Shown: positions 13,901 through 23,697 of the stretch, in pieces | How the letters are laid out: every line of letters begins with the position of its first letter | How positions within the stretch are numbered: position 1 is the first letter of the stretch | Assembly: GCA_001600695.1 (NCBI GenBank) | Contig: BCKQ01000009.1 | Span: 204,913-268,912, forward strand | Origin: Ascoidea asiatica JCM 7603 | Taxonomy: Eukaryota; Fungi; Ascomycota | DNA length: 64,000 nucleotides | Reading direction: 5' to 3' | Made by a program: the position numbers and the translations under genes | The notes under the pieces: model-generated | Seen by the model: only the letters and a program-made list of their open reading frames with translations | Databases searched by the model: none | What the model was told of the DNA's origin: nothing

Positions 13901-16900
13901 CATTAGTACTCTCAAGATATGGTTCAATACTGTTTATAAGATCGGCCAAATTTGCAACAGAAGAAGGGTAGTTTTGAGTTAAATTTAGCCATTGATCCAA
14001 TATTTTTTTAAACCACTCTTCTCTTAAAGTTTTCAAGTGGATTAAAGAGTCATAAGAATCAAACTGTGGTTTTATTGGAAAATAAATAGGAGAAAAATAA
14101 GGTAGTTTTATTGCTTTCAAACAAATTTCCACCCATTCCTCTTTTGGTATATCAAAACCTTCAGGAGGTTTCTCCAATTTTAGAGGAAATAATTCATTTT
14201 CTGTGATTTTAAGGAATTTCCTTGCTAATTCTTCTTTTAATCCAATCAAGCCCATATATTCAATCTTACTTTGTATTCCGTCAACATTTTTCCAGCTGAA
14301 TGGATAAAGACGACTGTTTTTTGGATCTTCAGGAAATCCTGAATCTCCGCTTATATCGAATAAATATTTTGAAATACCAAAAATATATTCATTGATTTTA
14401 TCAGTTAAATTTAAATTTCCATTTTCTAAAGATGTAGACTTTTGTGGTTTTAAAATTTTTATAATTACTCCAAATGCAAACAATCTAGACTGTATTAAAA
14501 ATCTCTCTGTTAGCTTGCCACAATTAGAAATAGTTTTATTCTTTCCATTACCATGAAGATCAAGAGTGAAAGGAACTGATCCTAATTTATCTTTACAAAC
14601 TATGTTCTGTATAAATGATAAACATTTTGTTATTAATCCAGTTCTCAAACTTTCAGAATTATAGAGAATATATTTAACCTTGCTATATTTGACAGTTAAG
14701 CTTGTATCAAGACTGCGTAACTGAGACCAAGATTTCAATAAAATTTTCTTTAATTTTATAAAACCATCATATTGCATAAAACAGATACCAGTTGTTGTTT
14801 CTAATTTTGATTTTGCAAAAAGAACACAATCAATGAAAGATATTATAACAAGCGCATAGGCTTCGTTATATAAAGCATTAGCGTGTTCTTTAAAATCAAG
14901 CATTAAAGATAAATTTTCTCCTATAGCTTGAGAAATTCTAATAGACCGCATACGATAATCTTGAAGTTGATTTTGCTCAGATTTTCTAGTACTCATAGAC
15001 AATGAACTAAGTCTTCTGATAATTTCAGTAATTGATGATTGGATACTACCAATAATAGTTCGGATTTGAAGCGTATTTTTGAACCTAGCATCTTTCTGAT
15101 CTACTTGATCTTTTAATTTTTGTTTTTCCGATAAAGCTAATGGTTCACTCATATAAATCTGTGAGGAAGAATATGGAGCTCTCTCAAAAATAATTGTAAA
15201 ATCTAATAATATTTCAGGTATATTATTTTTAAGATTTAAATCTTCTTTGATACAACTTCCATATAAATTCAAAATTATCAGAACGAATTTACATCCTGCA
15301 TCAGAAGAAAATACCTTTACTAATTGATTTGATTTTAAAGTATTTTCAAGGACAGTTAAGTTTGTGTTAGAATACTTTGATAAACAATTTAATAGCATTC
15401 CTGCTTTATTTAACTTTCTAAGAAAAATTGTACCTTCAGCACTATTTTTTTCAAATTTTGTAAAAAAAGATTGTTCAATTGAGCACTCATTTATTACAAA
15501 CTCATTAATATCTTCCAACGAATTCATTGTTTTTTCTAATAAGATATCTAAAGCAGTATCATCTTTAAATTGAATTAATAACTCGACAAGAGAAGAATGA
15601 AAATAATTAAAAGGAAATTCTTCAACTACTAATAAATTGATCCAATCTTCAAATTTTATTGCTTCATATAAAGATTTCCAAGAAGTACTTCTTTCAAATA
15701 ATGCAGATACACATGAAGTTGTTAAATCAATGAAACTTGTTTCATCTCCTTGATCTTCTTTAATTAAAAGTTCTCCTTCAGTTGATTTGAAATCATCATT
15801 TTTTGAATAAAAAAGTGAACCATTTTTTGAATGATAATATTGAATACCTTTCAATTGCTTTTTAGTTAATATTGGTATTTCTTTAACAATTCTAGTCATT
15901 TGCTCTAAAACTAATGGTTTTAAATCAGGATAATGTCTTGATAATTCATCAAGTTGAGTACCAGTGAAAGATGGAGGTGAATAAGCGTAATAATCTTTAA
16001 CTTGTAATTCTTTTGTATATTCTAAATTATAGAAAATTAAATCAACAGTTTTTTTAATAATTTTTTCTTCTATTATTCTTTTAAGACCAACTTTATTTAA
16101 ACAAATAGCTCCAATAACTTCAAATAAAGCATAAATTAAATCATAATCAGCTGCAAAAAAATCACTAAATTTATTAAAAATTATATCAATTGTTTTTGAT
16201 TCTGTTAATATTGGATAAGAGGTTGGTTCTTGATGAATAATTGAACTTATAATATTTAAAGTTATAGTTAAAATTTTTGGTTTAAATAAATGACAATTAT
16301 TCATTATAATATTTAAAGATTCTAAAACTGGAGAATCAAATAAATTTCTCATTCTATCACCAGAATTTGATCTTATTAAATGATGAGTAAATTTTAATAA
16401 TTCTTTTAAATGTTCTAATGAAGAAATTTTCAATATTCTTTTATCACAAATATCATTTTGACAATTGAATTCATTTAATTCTTTAATTAGAATTAAATCT
16501 TTATTAGATATGATAAAATTCAATTCATACCTTATTGCTTGAATTAATAAAATAAAACCTTTTCTTTCAATGAATGGAGTTATATTATCTTGACTACCAT
16601 CTATTAAAATTCTTATTAATCTTATTGCAGAAGTTATAGTTGTTTTATGTTGTAAAGATTGAATAGTAAAAAAATCTAATAAAGTTTGTAATAAACCTGC
16701 ATTAGATAATAATGGAGCTAAAGATTTTGTTTCTAGAAAAATTCCAATTAATGAAAGAAATTTTGTATAACATAAATCAGAAGAAAAAGTATTATCATTT
16801 AAAACTAAATTACTTATATTAATTTGATTATTATTTGAAGGTAATAAAGAAGATGATGATGATGAAGAGGAAGATGTTGATGTTGATGTTGATGCTGTTA

Positions 16901-18464
16901 ATGATAATGATAATGATGCAGAATTTGGTGTTGATATTGAAGAAGATGCTAAAGAAAATGGTTTTGATAAAGTAATTGAAGAAGAAGATAATTTAATTTG
17001 TTTAAGTATTGAAGAAATTGAATAAAATAACATTCCATGACTAATATTACCATTCATTGCTTTAATAATTTGATCACCATGAATTTTTCTTAAAGCAATA
17101 GATTCTAAAGATAAAACAGCATCTATATAAAGATCTTCTTCAGTAAATTTATTTAAATCCATAATTAAATTACTACTTGGATTAATTAATTGTACAATAT
17201 TATCTAAAAATTGAAAATTTTTTTCAAATAAAAGAGTATTAATTATTGAAGGAGAATTCATTGAACAAGAAAAAGCAACGGATAAACATTTAATTCTAAC
17301 TAATTGTATACGTAAAATTTTTAAAGATTTTGAATTTGGATTATTAAAAGCTTTTGCAAAAATAGCATAATTTGCAAATGAAGACCAATATTCATAAGGT
17401 ATTTCTTTCATACCTTTATCAAAAATTTGTTGTAAAGATAATTTTTTAATTTCATGTTCAGATAAAATAAAATGACAAGCACCTTCTTTAATAATTAATT
17501 GATTTTTTTTCTTTAATTGTTTTTTTTTTGTTGTACTATTAGTAGTTTCATTTTCATTTTCATTTTCATTTGATAAATTATTTGATAAACTATTTGATAA
17601 ATTATTTGTTGGTTTTATAGGAGTATTTGGAGAAGTAATTGAATTTGAAATTGAAATTGGATTTGATTTTATTGAAGAATTAGGTAAACTTTGTGGATTA
17701 AATTGAGATTTAATTGGAGTTGCAATATTTTGATTTTGAATTTGATTTTGAGTTGATTGTTTTGAATGAGATAATTTTGAATCAAAATAAGAAAAATTTA
17801 AAGATTTCCAAGATTTTGGAATATTATTATAATTAATATAATCTAATAAAGATAAATTATTTGAACCAAATTGAAAAATTGGATTAAAATAAGCTAATTG
17901 TAAAATTTTTTTTTTCATTTTATTATCAATTTTATTTAAAAATGAATCTCTTTTAATAAATTTATTTGCAATTAATATTGATAATCTTAAAGCTAATAAT
18001 CTAATTGGAATTGAGATTGTATTAATTAAATTATAAATTGAAATTGAAGAAGAATATAATAATTTATTTGAACATAATGAATATAATTTAAATGATAAAT
18101 TTAAAATTGAAGATAATAAAGATTGATGATAAGTATTAATTTCAATTAAATTAATTTTTTTATCTTTTTCATTAATATTATTATTATTAATATTATTATT
18201 TTCATTATTTGTTGTATTATTAATATTTTTTTTTTTATCATTTGAATTAACTGTTGATAAATTATAAATATCAATGACAGAAATTAAGATTTTATCAAAT
18301 CTATTTAATAATGGAATCCAATAAAATAAATTATTAAAAGTTAATATAGTACCATAATTCAATTTATTACAAGAATTTATTAATTCATTTTCAGGTAAAT
18401 TTGCTAAATTTTGAATTGAAGTATTTTGATATTCTTTTGTATATCTTTCATTATCAATAAGCAT
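7965..18464 (-). CDS. TOM1: HECT E3 ubiquitin ligase Tom1 (HUWE1 family)
   Basis: 3499 aa. C-terminal HECT domain (FRGEAGVDAGGLTREWY...LPSAHTCFNQLDLP), UBM-like repeats (IDAEFIRALPDEMR, IDPDFLNALPQEMQ), acidic region, N-terminal WIPLLNRFD. Confidence 0.97.
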   Translation of the reverse strand: MLIDNERYTKEYQNTSIQNLANLPENELINSCNKLNYGTILTFNNLFYWIPLLNRFDKILISVIDIYNLSTVNSNDKKKNINNTTNNENNNINNNNINEKDKKINLIEINTYHQSLLSSILNLSFKLYSLCSNKLLYSSSISIYNLINTISIPIRLLALRLSILIANKFIKRDSFLNKIDNKMKKKILQLAYFNPIFQFGSNNLSLLDYINYNNIPKSWKSLNFSYFDSKLSHSKQSTQNQIQNQNIATPIKSQFNPQSLPNSSIKSNPISISNSITSPNTPIKPTNNLSNSLSNNLSNENENENETTNSTTKKKQLKKKNQLIIKEGACHFILSEHEIKKLSLQQIFDKGMKEIPYEYWSSFANYAIFAKAFNNPNSKSLKILRIQLVRIKCLSVAFSCSMNSPSIINTLLFEKNFQFLDNIVQLINPSSNLIMDLNKFTEEDLYIDAVLSLESIALRKIHGDQIIKAMNGNISHGMLFYSISSILKQIKLSSSSITLSKPFSLASSSISTPNSASLSLSLTASTSTSTSSSSSSSSSLLPSNNNQINISNLVLNDNTFSSDLCYTKFLSLIGIFLETKSLAPLLSNAGLLQTLLDFFTIQSLQHKTTITSAIRLIRILIDGSQDNITPFIERKGFILLIQAIRYELNFIISNKDLILIKELNEFNCQNDICDKRILKISSLEHLKELLKFTHHLIRSNSGDRMRNLFDSPVLESLNIIMNNCHLFKPKILTITLNIISSIIHQEPTSYPILTESKTIDIIFNKFSDFFAADYDLIYALFEVIGAICLNKVGLKRIIEEKIIKKTVDLIFYNLEYTKELQVKDYYAYSPPSFTGTQLDELSRHYPDLKPLVLEQMTRIVKEIPILTKKQLKGIQYYHSKNGSLFYSKNDDFKSTEGELLIKEDQGDETSFIDLTTSCVSALFERSTSWKSLYEAIKFEDWINLLVVEEFPFNYFHSSLVELLIQFKDDTALDILLEKTMNSLEDINEFVINECSIEQSFFTKFEKNSAEGTIFLRKLNKAGMLLNCLSKYSNTNLTVLENTLKSNQLVKVFSSDAGCKFVLIILNLYGSCIKEDLNLKNNIPEILLDFTIIFERAPYSSSQIYMSEPLALSEKQKLKDQVDQKDARFKNTLQIRTIIGSIQSSITEIIRRLSSLSMSTRKSEQNQLQDYRMRSIRISQAIGENLSLMLDFKEHANALYNEAYALVIISFIDCVLFAKSKLETTTGICFMQYDGFIKLKKILLKSWSQLRSLDTSLTVKYSKVKYILYNSESLRTGLITKCLSFIQNIVCKDKLGSVPFTLDLHGNGKNKTISNCGKLTERFLIQSRLFAFGVIIKILKPQKSTSLENGNLNLTDKINEYIFGISKYLFDISGDSGFPEDPKNSRLYPFSWKNVDGIQSKIEYMGLIGLKEELARKFLKITENELFPLKLEKPPEGFDIPKEEWVEICLKAIKLPYFSPIYFPIKPQFDSYDSLIHLKTLREEWFKKILDQWLNLTQNYPSSVANLADLINSIEPYLESTNVLESQDGGMLHMLLMIITSLFSDLDALKVKDRLSPMLMLFLSLCESDQTLKLSNDLADKYIKIFDDAFKPEIINSPWVPSALNIYTKIYSYSILPEVDKLNMPTTFRLFVCSRGNVSLSPDIERSILKRLLNISNIENVDTALAVTKLLIVYCQKYENYTLIYNAPIVNFLIKSVYKFNDSESCSSLKINVLGLIRKFYETPDFIKGIINKKLNEVFTKAHKFRSSDSTSPKLTDLNSLISENAAITLRDPKIFVSCITANARLENCRKSLDNTKVYCLEENKDDIQMIDPDSEDKMDHPIGLMTVLLTEIMSTTLNDKWVDISNDANNDSSNSKDSPKNTDFDYIMFLIYCIIELLSSYRQAKVEFMTYSRNQQQKSIKFHSTSINFFLHKLICTNMFSKQNSRELIKRKAVSQLSQLVLFSLVSSPFTEDTNEPDGKKEDSLMSGIRKQFMEYLSKALKDTISNKQVAEVRYGKIINLFELCSCLLAPSFGKIFECCLDDNSTKLDAYYIGKAMIEKGIMNQITSVISSIDLNFPHIKEFMEESFKPLTNLGKIKTKHQDLFRPEISADTEIEEEVESADEHSNDTRNNFRNSTLGMYDFNSNNSEDDSDLENDFDSENDGDDDEDDELDEEESVYDSSSDSEMDIALDEESEGSDIEMIGETIDDDDIVESIDLDNSDNGSGENVEVEIQIEHDHEPGSEGLSPDNDWERVVGSADVLSDSQGDNASVEMYEDWTTINNSGDAFFDPMATDFQSEDEDERQIRFGISHEEEEEEDDDEEDIDDLEENSDISEFSDFPHSDLNIFASNEFLRNNLERTRHYNHTRGAPDVYHNTLNEFFEIAERIMSRRNIPNFRHEIFGADNGEPLMNLTRYRYSVRKPEKVPLFTLKPTTERWKESAIILYKNCASEAKRVIPEIINKIFDSSFELAEAKREMERKRLEDAMELRRKRAEEQERKRKEEEERIRQQLAETQQTTPREPVYVLIRGREVDISGTDIDAEFIRALPDEMRYEVFTSHISQRRLEAVTSGNSTVGGIDPDFLNALPQEMQTEILDQETAFVERERYIRPFENDSEHEEAEHHTDAEEEPKEVEPVEKKKRSYYSPLIDKSGIFAMTRFLFFPLTKESSDSFYGIFQYICYNRQTRMEFICILLSLLQDAFTDQKSLERAFVSVSYRSKFCFPSTAKENKTIPVLTPTLIKDSILPQFPLTSNPLTVANQVLYAIYQLFKFYPSLRYFFLTNIESSVNLRLFHNKHSSDILLKYPVDALFGLLKRPSLKDDPSLLKTLSNIFDMVTQPLKSIKIKEDEKKKQLEEEKKKKSDEEKTQPDGEVSNGEKNETSDTQTGTSESKSVKNKKESSEKSKLSVLPAITEDNMKGIVVILISEVCSSGKTFQRTLNSLKNLCYLPNGRSILTDELSNLSKKLSRSLISDITQLSKTIDSASGKEELNGSVLTKFVEANSDQTKLVRALTALDYLNLPSENLSFDYATLDLGHLWAALGDCLSKLELRKSFTHVSTILLPLIEALMVVCKTKDVKDVKEKDTKYESIVHDFSKEPLEKLFFFFTDQHKTILNQMVRTNPKLMSGPFSLLVKNPRALEFDNKKVYFDRQLHSQYPSHRTLPVVVSRDNVFLDSFKVLFYKNRDDLRASKLDIRFRGEAGVDAGGLTREWYQVLSRQMFNPDYALFTPVASDKTTFHPNRTSGINPEHLSFFKFIGTIIGKAIFDGCFLDCHFSRALYKSLLGRKVSIKDMENLDPEYYKSVEWILNNDITDILTETFSIETDDFGITKVFDLIPNGRNIPLTNENKKDYVQKVIEFRLQTSVKEQIDNFLIGFYEIIPKELVSILNEQELELLISGLPYIDVDDWKNNTIYKNFSPSNAVIQWFWRAVKSFDKEQRAKLLQFVTGTSKVPLEGFGKLSGVNGAQKFSIHRDYGTADRLPSAHTCFNQLDLPQYETYESLRGSLLLAITEGHEGFGFA

Positions 18465-18520
18465 ATTGTATTATATTGGATTATTATAGTATAGTATGGT
18501 AAGGTATAGAATGAAATGGT

Positions 18521-18697
18521 ATATTATATTATATTATATTATATTATATTATATTATATTATATTATTAAACATAAAATTGAGTATATATTTAAATATAC
18601 TTAAATTGGATCAGTTTTTTTTTCTTCTTCTTTTTTTTTTTTTTTCTGAAAAGGATTTGAATTAGATATTTGTAAAAAAGATATATGATTTATATTA

Positions 18698-18733
<36 letters not shown>
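18521..18733. repeat. (ATATT)n and (GATT)n microsatellites in the TOM1 5' region
   Basis: (ATATT)n at about 18521-18565 and (GATT)n at about 18697-18733. Confidence 0.9.
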
Positions 18734-18736
<3 letters not shown>

Positions 18737-19086
18737 TGATTTGAATTTGAATAGGGATATTAGAATAATATATAAATCAATAATTTTTAATCAATGAATT
18801 AATGGAATATATTAGGATATAGATTGAAGAATAGAATAAAGTAATATAAATATATCAATAAAGCAATAGATCAATATCTCCTTGACATGTATTGATAACT
18901 CTTGATGATATTGATGATATTGATATTATTGATATTGAACTGTTGTATCAATATTGTTTTATCTTATTGATATATTATTTATCTTATTATCTTACTATCT
19001 TAGTATCTTATTATCTTCTAGCTTGTATTGATAATATATTGATTTCATATATTCTGATTATACAAATACTGTATTGTATTAATGGA

Positions 19087-19156
19087 GTATTATAATATTA
19101 GTATTATAATATTAGTATTATAATATTAGTATTATAATATTAGTATTATAATATTA
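19087..19156. repeat. 14-bp tandem repeat GTATTATAATATTA x5
   Basis: Five exact copies next to the GC-rich island. Confidence 0.92.
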
Positions 19157-19164
19157 GTAGTACT

Positions 19165-19470
19165 ATTGCATACATCCCTTACATCACTTACACACAGAGC
19201 ATACATGGCACTGGTAAAGTTAGTGTGGACTGAAGAGCAGAAGCAATTGCTCTTCCACGGCCTTCCACGCCCACACCCACAGCACTGGTCCATCTCAGAA
19301 ACTGGCCACAGGAATGGTACAGAAGTGGAGAAGCCGGTCAGGTGACAGCGCCGAGTCACCTGAGCAACGGGGTCTGTGTCCAGTGAAGCCCAGCCCAGAA
19401 GGAAGGAAGTGGCAGACGGATTGAGGATTTCTATCCCGGTGCACTGCGTTCAAGCCCTGCAACAGCAGTA
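19165..19470. promoter_or_regulatory. GC-rich island, probable divergent promoter of TOM1 and the aminotransferase
   Basis: Abrupt GC rise between divergent genes; contains GAGTCA (Gcn4-type, 19353-19358). Confidence 0.55.
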
Positions 19471-19680
19471 TATCAATCTATCGTTAATGAAGATCTGAAA
19501 TAAACCATGTAACTATCTTCAAATGATCCATAATCCAATGCTTTTTCATTACTGATTAAAATTTATAATCGTAATCATCCAGAATATAAATATACAAAAT
19601 GTCTAATTTTGATTGTTATTTTAAGTCTAATTCTCGTATTCTCTTATTCATATTATTAACTTCATAAAATTAATTTAAAA

Positions 19681-21120
19681 ATGTCCAATGAAGAAACTAA
19701 TGAAAATTATGAAAATAATGAAAATAATGAAAATAATGAAAATAATAATAAAATTTTATCTGTACCTGATAATGAAGTTATAAATCTTTTTAAAGGTTAT
19801 CCATCACCATCTTTATTACCAAGAATTGAAATTCTTGAAGCTACAAAATCTCTTTTAATACCTGAATTTAGAATTTGGGATAATCAAGAAGAAAATAAAC
19901 ATCCTTTATTATATGGTACTGATCAAGGTGCATTTTGGGTTAGACAACAAATTTCAAATTGGAATAATGAAAATTTTAATTTAAATCCTAATCTTAATTT
20001 TAATTCAAATATAATATCAAAACCTGATTTTATAAATTTAACTGCCGGTGCAAGTTATGGTATATTAAATATACTTTTACAAACTTCTTTACCACATACT
20101 AATTTCACAAAACAAGCTTTTATAATATCTCCAACTTATTTTTTAATTAATGATGCTTTTATTGATGCTGGTTTTAAAAATAAAATTACTTCAATTAATG
20201 AATTATCAAATGGTGATTATGATTTAATAACTCTTGAAAATAAATTATCTTATTTTGAAAATATTAACCCGAGTAATGATAATTCAAATTGTATACAAGA
20301 TGATAATAGAAATTTTAAAAAAATTTATAAATATATATTTTATTGTGTTCCTGATTTTTCAAATCCTTCTGGTAATTCATTATCTGAATCTCAAAGATTA
20401 AAATTAATTAAAATTGCAAGAAAATATGATATGTTAATAATAACTGATGATGTTTATGATCTTTTAAATTATTCTTTATCAAATATAAGACAAAAAAGAA
20501 TGATATATTTAGATAGAGAATCTTTACCTTTTAAAGATGAAAAAAAAAATTTATATATAAATTCTTTTGGTAATGTTATTTCAAATGCTTCATTTTCTAA
20601 AATTATTGGTCCTGGTTTAAGAATTGGTTATCAAGAATCAATAAATTCAAATTTAGTTTTTCAATTATCTCAAGGTGGTGCAAATAAATCTGGTGGTACA
20701 CCTGCTCAATTTAATTCTTTTATTGCAGGAATTTTAATTAATAATAAAAAAATTAATAATATAATTTTAAATTTAAATAAAACTTATAAAAAAAGATCAA
20801 TTTTTTTAATAAATTTAATTAAAATTTATTTACCAAAATTTACAAAATTTTCTGGTGGTTATGGAGGTTATTTTTTTTGGATTAAAACTCCAGATATTAT
20901 AAATTTAAAAAAAATTACAAATATTTTAAAAGATAAAAAAATTATAATTGCAAATGGTGAAAATTTTGAAGTTACTGGTGATAATAATTTTAATAATCTT
21001 GGTAAAAATTTCACAAGAATCTCTTTAAGTTATTCTGATGAATCAAAATTAAAATTAGCTTTTCAAATTTGGGGTCAAACAATCAAACAAGAATATCCAA
21101 ACATAGAATTCAACACATGA
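19681..21120 (+). CDS. PLP-dependent class I/II aminotransferase, YER152C-like (2-aminoadipate transaminase family)
   Basis: INLFKGYPSPSLLP, LLYGTDQG, PDFSNPSG, IITDDVYDLL and the PLP lysine motif SFSKIIGPGLRIG. Confidence 0.9.
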   Translation: MSNEETNENYENNENNENNENNNKILSVPDNEVINLFKGYPSPSLLPRIEILEATKSLLIPEFRIWDNQEENKHPLLYGTDQGAFWVRQQISNWNNENFNLNPNLNFNSNIISKPDFINLTAGASYGILNILLQTSLPHTNFTKQAFIISPTYFLINDAFIDAGFKNKITSINELSNGDYDLITLENKLSYFENINPSNDNSNCIQDDNRNFKKIYKYIFYCVPDFSNPSGNSLSESQRLKLIKIARKYDMLIITDDVYDLLNYSLSNIRQKRMIYLDRESLPFKDEKKNLYINSFGNVISNASFSKIIGPGLRIGYQESINSNLVFQLSQGGANKSGGTPAQFNSFIAGILINNKKINNIILNLNKTYKKRSIFLINLIKIYLPKFTKFSGGYGGYFFWIKTPDIINLKKITNILKDKKIIIANGENFEVTGDNNFNNLGKNFTRISLSYSDESKLKLAFQIWGQTIKQEYPNIEFNT

Positions 21121-21274
21121 TCAAAGCAGGCATTGGTACCATTGCAGTGGTATATCCTGCAATTTTATATATCTCATGTAAACAAATAAATAAACAAATA
21201 AATAAATAAATAAATAAACAAACAAGTAAATGAGTTAATGAGTTAATGAGTTAATAGACTATTGATTTAGAATA

Positions 21275-22048
21275 ATGAATAATTCAAAAGCATTGATAAG
21301 AAAACATATTAATAATAATCTCAATTCTTTATCTATTCAAGATTTAAAAAATCAATCATTGAAAGTTATTGAGACTTTAAAAAAATCAAAAATTTATAAA
21401 AATTCAAAAAATATTGGTATTTATATATCTTTACCTAAAAATGAATTACCAACAATTGAATTAATTAATCAATTATTTATTGATAATAAAAATGTTTTTA
21501 TACCAAAATGTTTTTATAATTATAATCAAGGTTTTCATAAAGATTTAAATAATAATAAATTATTTAAAAATTATTTTAATAAATTTTATTATCCTTTAAA
21601 TAATTATAAATTTGAAAAAAATTTAATGATGTTTTTTCAATTAAATTCAATTTTAGATTTAAAATTTTTAAAAAAAAAAAAATTTAATTTAAAAGAACCT
21701 GAAGGTTTATTAGAAAATGAATTATTTTCAAAATTTAAATTTGGTTTAGATTTAATTATAATTCCTGGAGTTGGATTTGAATTATTAAATCAAAATTCTA
21801 AATTTACAAGTAATAATAATATTAAAAGATTAGGTCATGGAGCTGGATTTTATGATAATTTTATTAAAAAACATATTAGAAATAATGAAATTTTAAATTT
21901 AAAAAAAAAACCATATTTATTAGGTATTGGATTAAAAGAACAATTAATTAATAATGAAATTAATAATGAAATTAAATATGAAATTCCATATGAAGATCAT
22001 GATGTTTATTTGAATGGTTTAATTATTGAAAATCAATTTTATAATTAA
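21275..22048 (+). CDS. FAU1: 5-formyltetrahydrofolate cyclo-ligase
   Basis: K..IRK N-terminus, YISLPKNELPT, LDLIIIPGVGF, RLGHGAGFYDNF, IPYEDHD. Confidence 0.93.
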   Translation: MNNSKALIRKHINNNLNSLSIQDLKNQSLKVIETLKKSKIYKNSKNIGIYISLPKNELPTIELINQLFIDNKNVFIPKCFYNYNQGFHKDLNNNKLFKNYFNKFYYPLNNYKFEKNLMMFFQLNSILDLKFLKKKKFNLKEPEGLLENELFSKFKFGLDLIIIPGVGFELLNQNSKFTSNNNIKRLGHGAGFYDNFIKKHIRNNEILNLKKKPYLLGIGLKEQLINNEINNEIKYEIPYEDHDVYLNGLIIENQFYN

Positions 22049-22112
22049 TTGAACTTTTAACTAAAAGTTTATTATCATCATTTAAAATTTCACTTTTTAT
22101 TTCAATATTATC

Positions 22113-22143
<31 letters not shown>

Positions 22144-23006
22144 ATATCTTTACCTTTATAATTAAAATTTAATTTAATTATTATAAAATTATTTGCAAAT
22201 GTTGGATATTTATAATTTAATTGTAAAATTTCATTATTAATTTTCCAATTTTTTTTATTATTATTATATTGATTTTTTAATTGAAATTTTAAAAAATTTT
22301 TTGATAAATCAGATAAAATTGTTGCAATTATACCACCATGAATAATATTTGGAAAACCACATAATTTTGAACCACAAAATATTATTACAATTTCTTCAAA
22401 TTCATTATCAAATTTATTACTACCTAAATTTTTTTTAATAATTAATGGTTTTATTGGAATTCCACCAGGTACATTTAAATCTAATTTATCAAATGATAAC
22501 CAATTTCTTTCAATTTTTATATTTTCATTATTAATATCATTATTATTTTTGAAATTTTTTATAAATTTTAAATTTTGTAAATTTTCTTCTAAATCTTTTA
22601 AATAATTTTTCAATTCAATTCCATTATTTTCATTTGGTAAAGATCTATTTGTTATATAATCATAAATAGTAAAAATTGGTAAAAAACTTGCAGTAATTGA
22701 ACCAAAAAAAAATGCTAATAAATAAAAATATAAATGATTTTTTTTTTTTGAAATTTTTTTCAATTCTTTAATTTTATTTTTATTTTTATTTTTATTTTTA
22801 TTTTTATTTTCATTAATATCTTCAACTTTATTAATTTGATTTAAAGGAATATTTGTACAAAAATTAGATTGATTAAGATTATAAAAATTTGAAATTTTCA
22901 ATGATAAAGATTTATTATTTTTAATTTCAATTAGATTTTGAAATTTTAAAAGATATAATGAATTTCTCTGGATAAAGAACTGTTTGTTTCCAACTCTTTG
23001 AAACAT
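22023..23006 (-). CDS. FMP10: Mitochondrial HotDog-fold thioesterase-like protein Fmp10
   Basis: Basic presequence-like N-terminus, one TM segment, LNVPGGIPIKP, GSKLCGFPNIIHGGIIATIL, LNYKYPTFAN. Convergent with FAU1, as in S. cerevisiae. Confidence 0.82.
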
Positions 23007-23149
23007 TTTACCAAAACAAACTCAATATTCAATAAATAATTCAAATGTATCTTTAGTTGAATCATCAAATTCATTGAATATAAAACACATACATAATCTT
23101 CATATTCACTGTTTTATTTGACACAAATGAAATAGCCATACGATAAAGA

Positions 23150-23305
23150 AACAGGCCAGGCTCGTGACTCCACTTAGTATTTCTCGCAGCTGATCGTCTT
23201 GTTTCTGGTTCTTCTTTACCCGCAGGTCTGACCCATAATCAACCCGTCCCTGCCCCCATTGTATGTCCTAGAATGCTTCAACCCGCTCGTGATATTACGT
23301 AATCT
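23150..23305. promoter_or_regulatory. GC-rich island, FMP10/SET5 divergent promoter with a Reb1-type site
   Basis: TTACCCG at 23216-23222 and TTACGTAA at 23295-23302. Confidence 0.5.
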
Positions 23306-23517
23306 AGTCTTTCTGAGCTTCAAATCTTTCGAAGCTTCAGGAATTCTCAACCTTTCAAATTTTCAGTTTTGTTCAAAGTTCAAATCTTAAAAGCTTCTAT
23401 CTGATTTCTATCTGCTTTCTTAACAACTAATCACTACGTAATTTATTCTCAATATCTAAAATAAACACAATAAATACATTTTTATTTATTTGCCACTTTT
23501 ATTTAACCTTTTTTTCT

Positions 23518-23585
23518 AATTCAATTCAATTCAATTCAATTCAATTCAATTCAATTCAATTCAATTCAATTCAATTCAATTCAAT
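23518..23585. repeat. (AATTC)n pentanucleotide repeat
   Basis: About 13 copies upstream of SET5. Confidence 0.92.
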
Positions 23586-23697
23586 CAATTATCAATTTAT
23601 CTATCATTACTTATTACTACTGACTATATCAACTATTTGATTGAAATAATCAATTTTCAAAAATCTAAAAAAATTAATTTTATAATATTATATTGAA

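Noticed and set aside
19087-19156. Tandem repeats (also 60490-60547) as CRISPR-like arrays
   Set aside because: There are no spacers; these are simple eukaryotic minisatellites.
19330-19372. CAGG...AGCA as SRP RNA helix 8
   Set aside because: The spacer is too long, there is no GNRA tetraloop and there is no nearby Pol III terminator.
23007-23092. GTATGT upstream of FMP10 as an intron donor
   Set aside because: There is no credible branch point, and FMP10 already has a suitable ATG and presequence.
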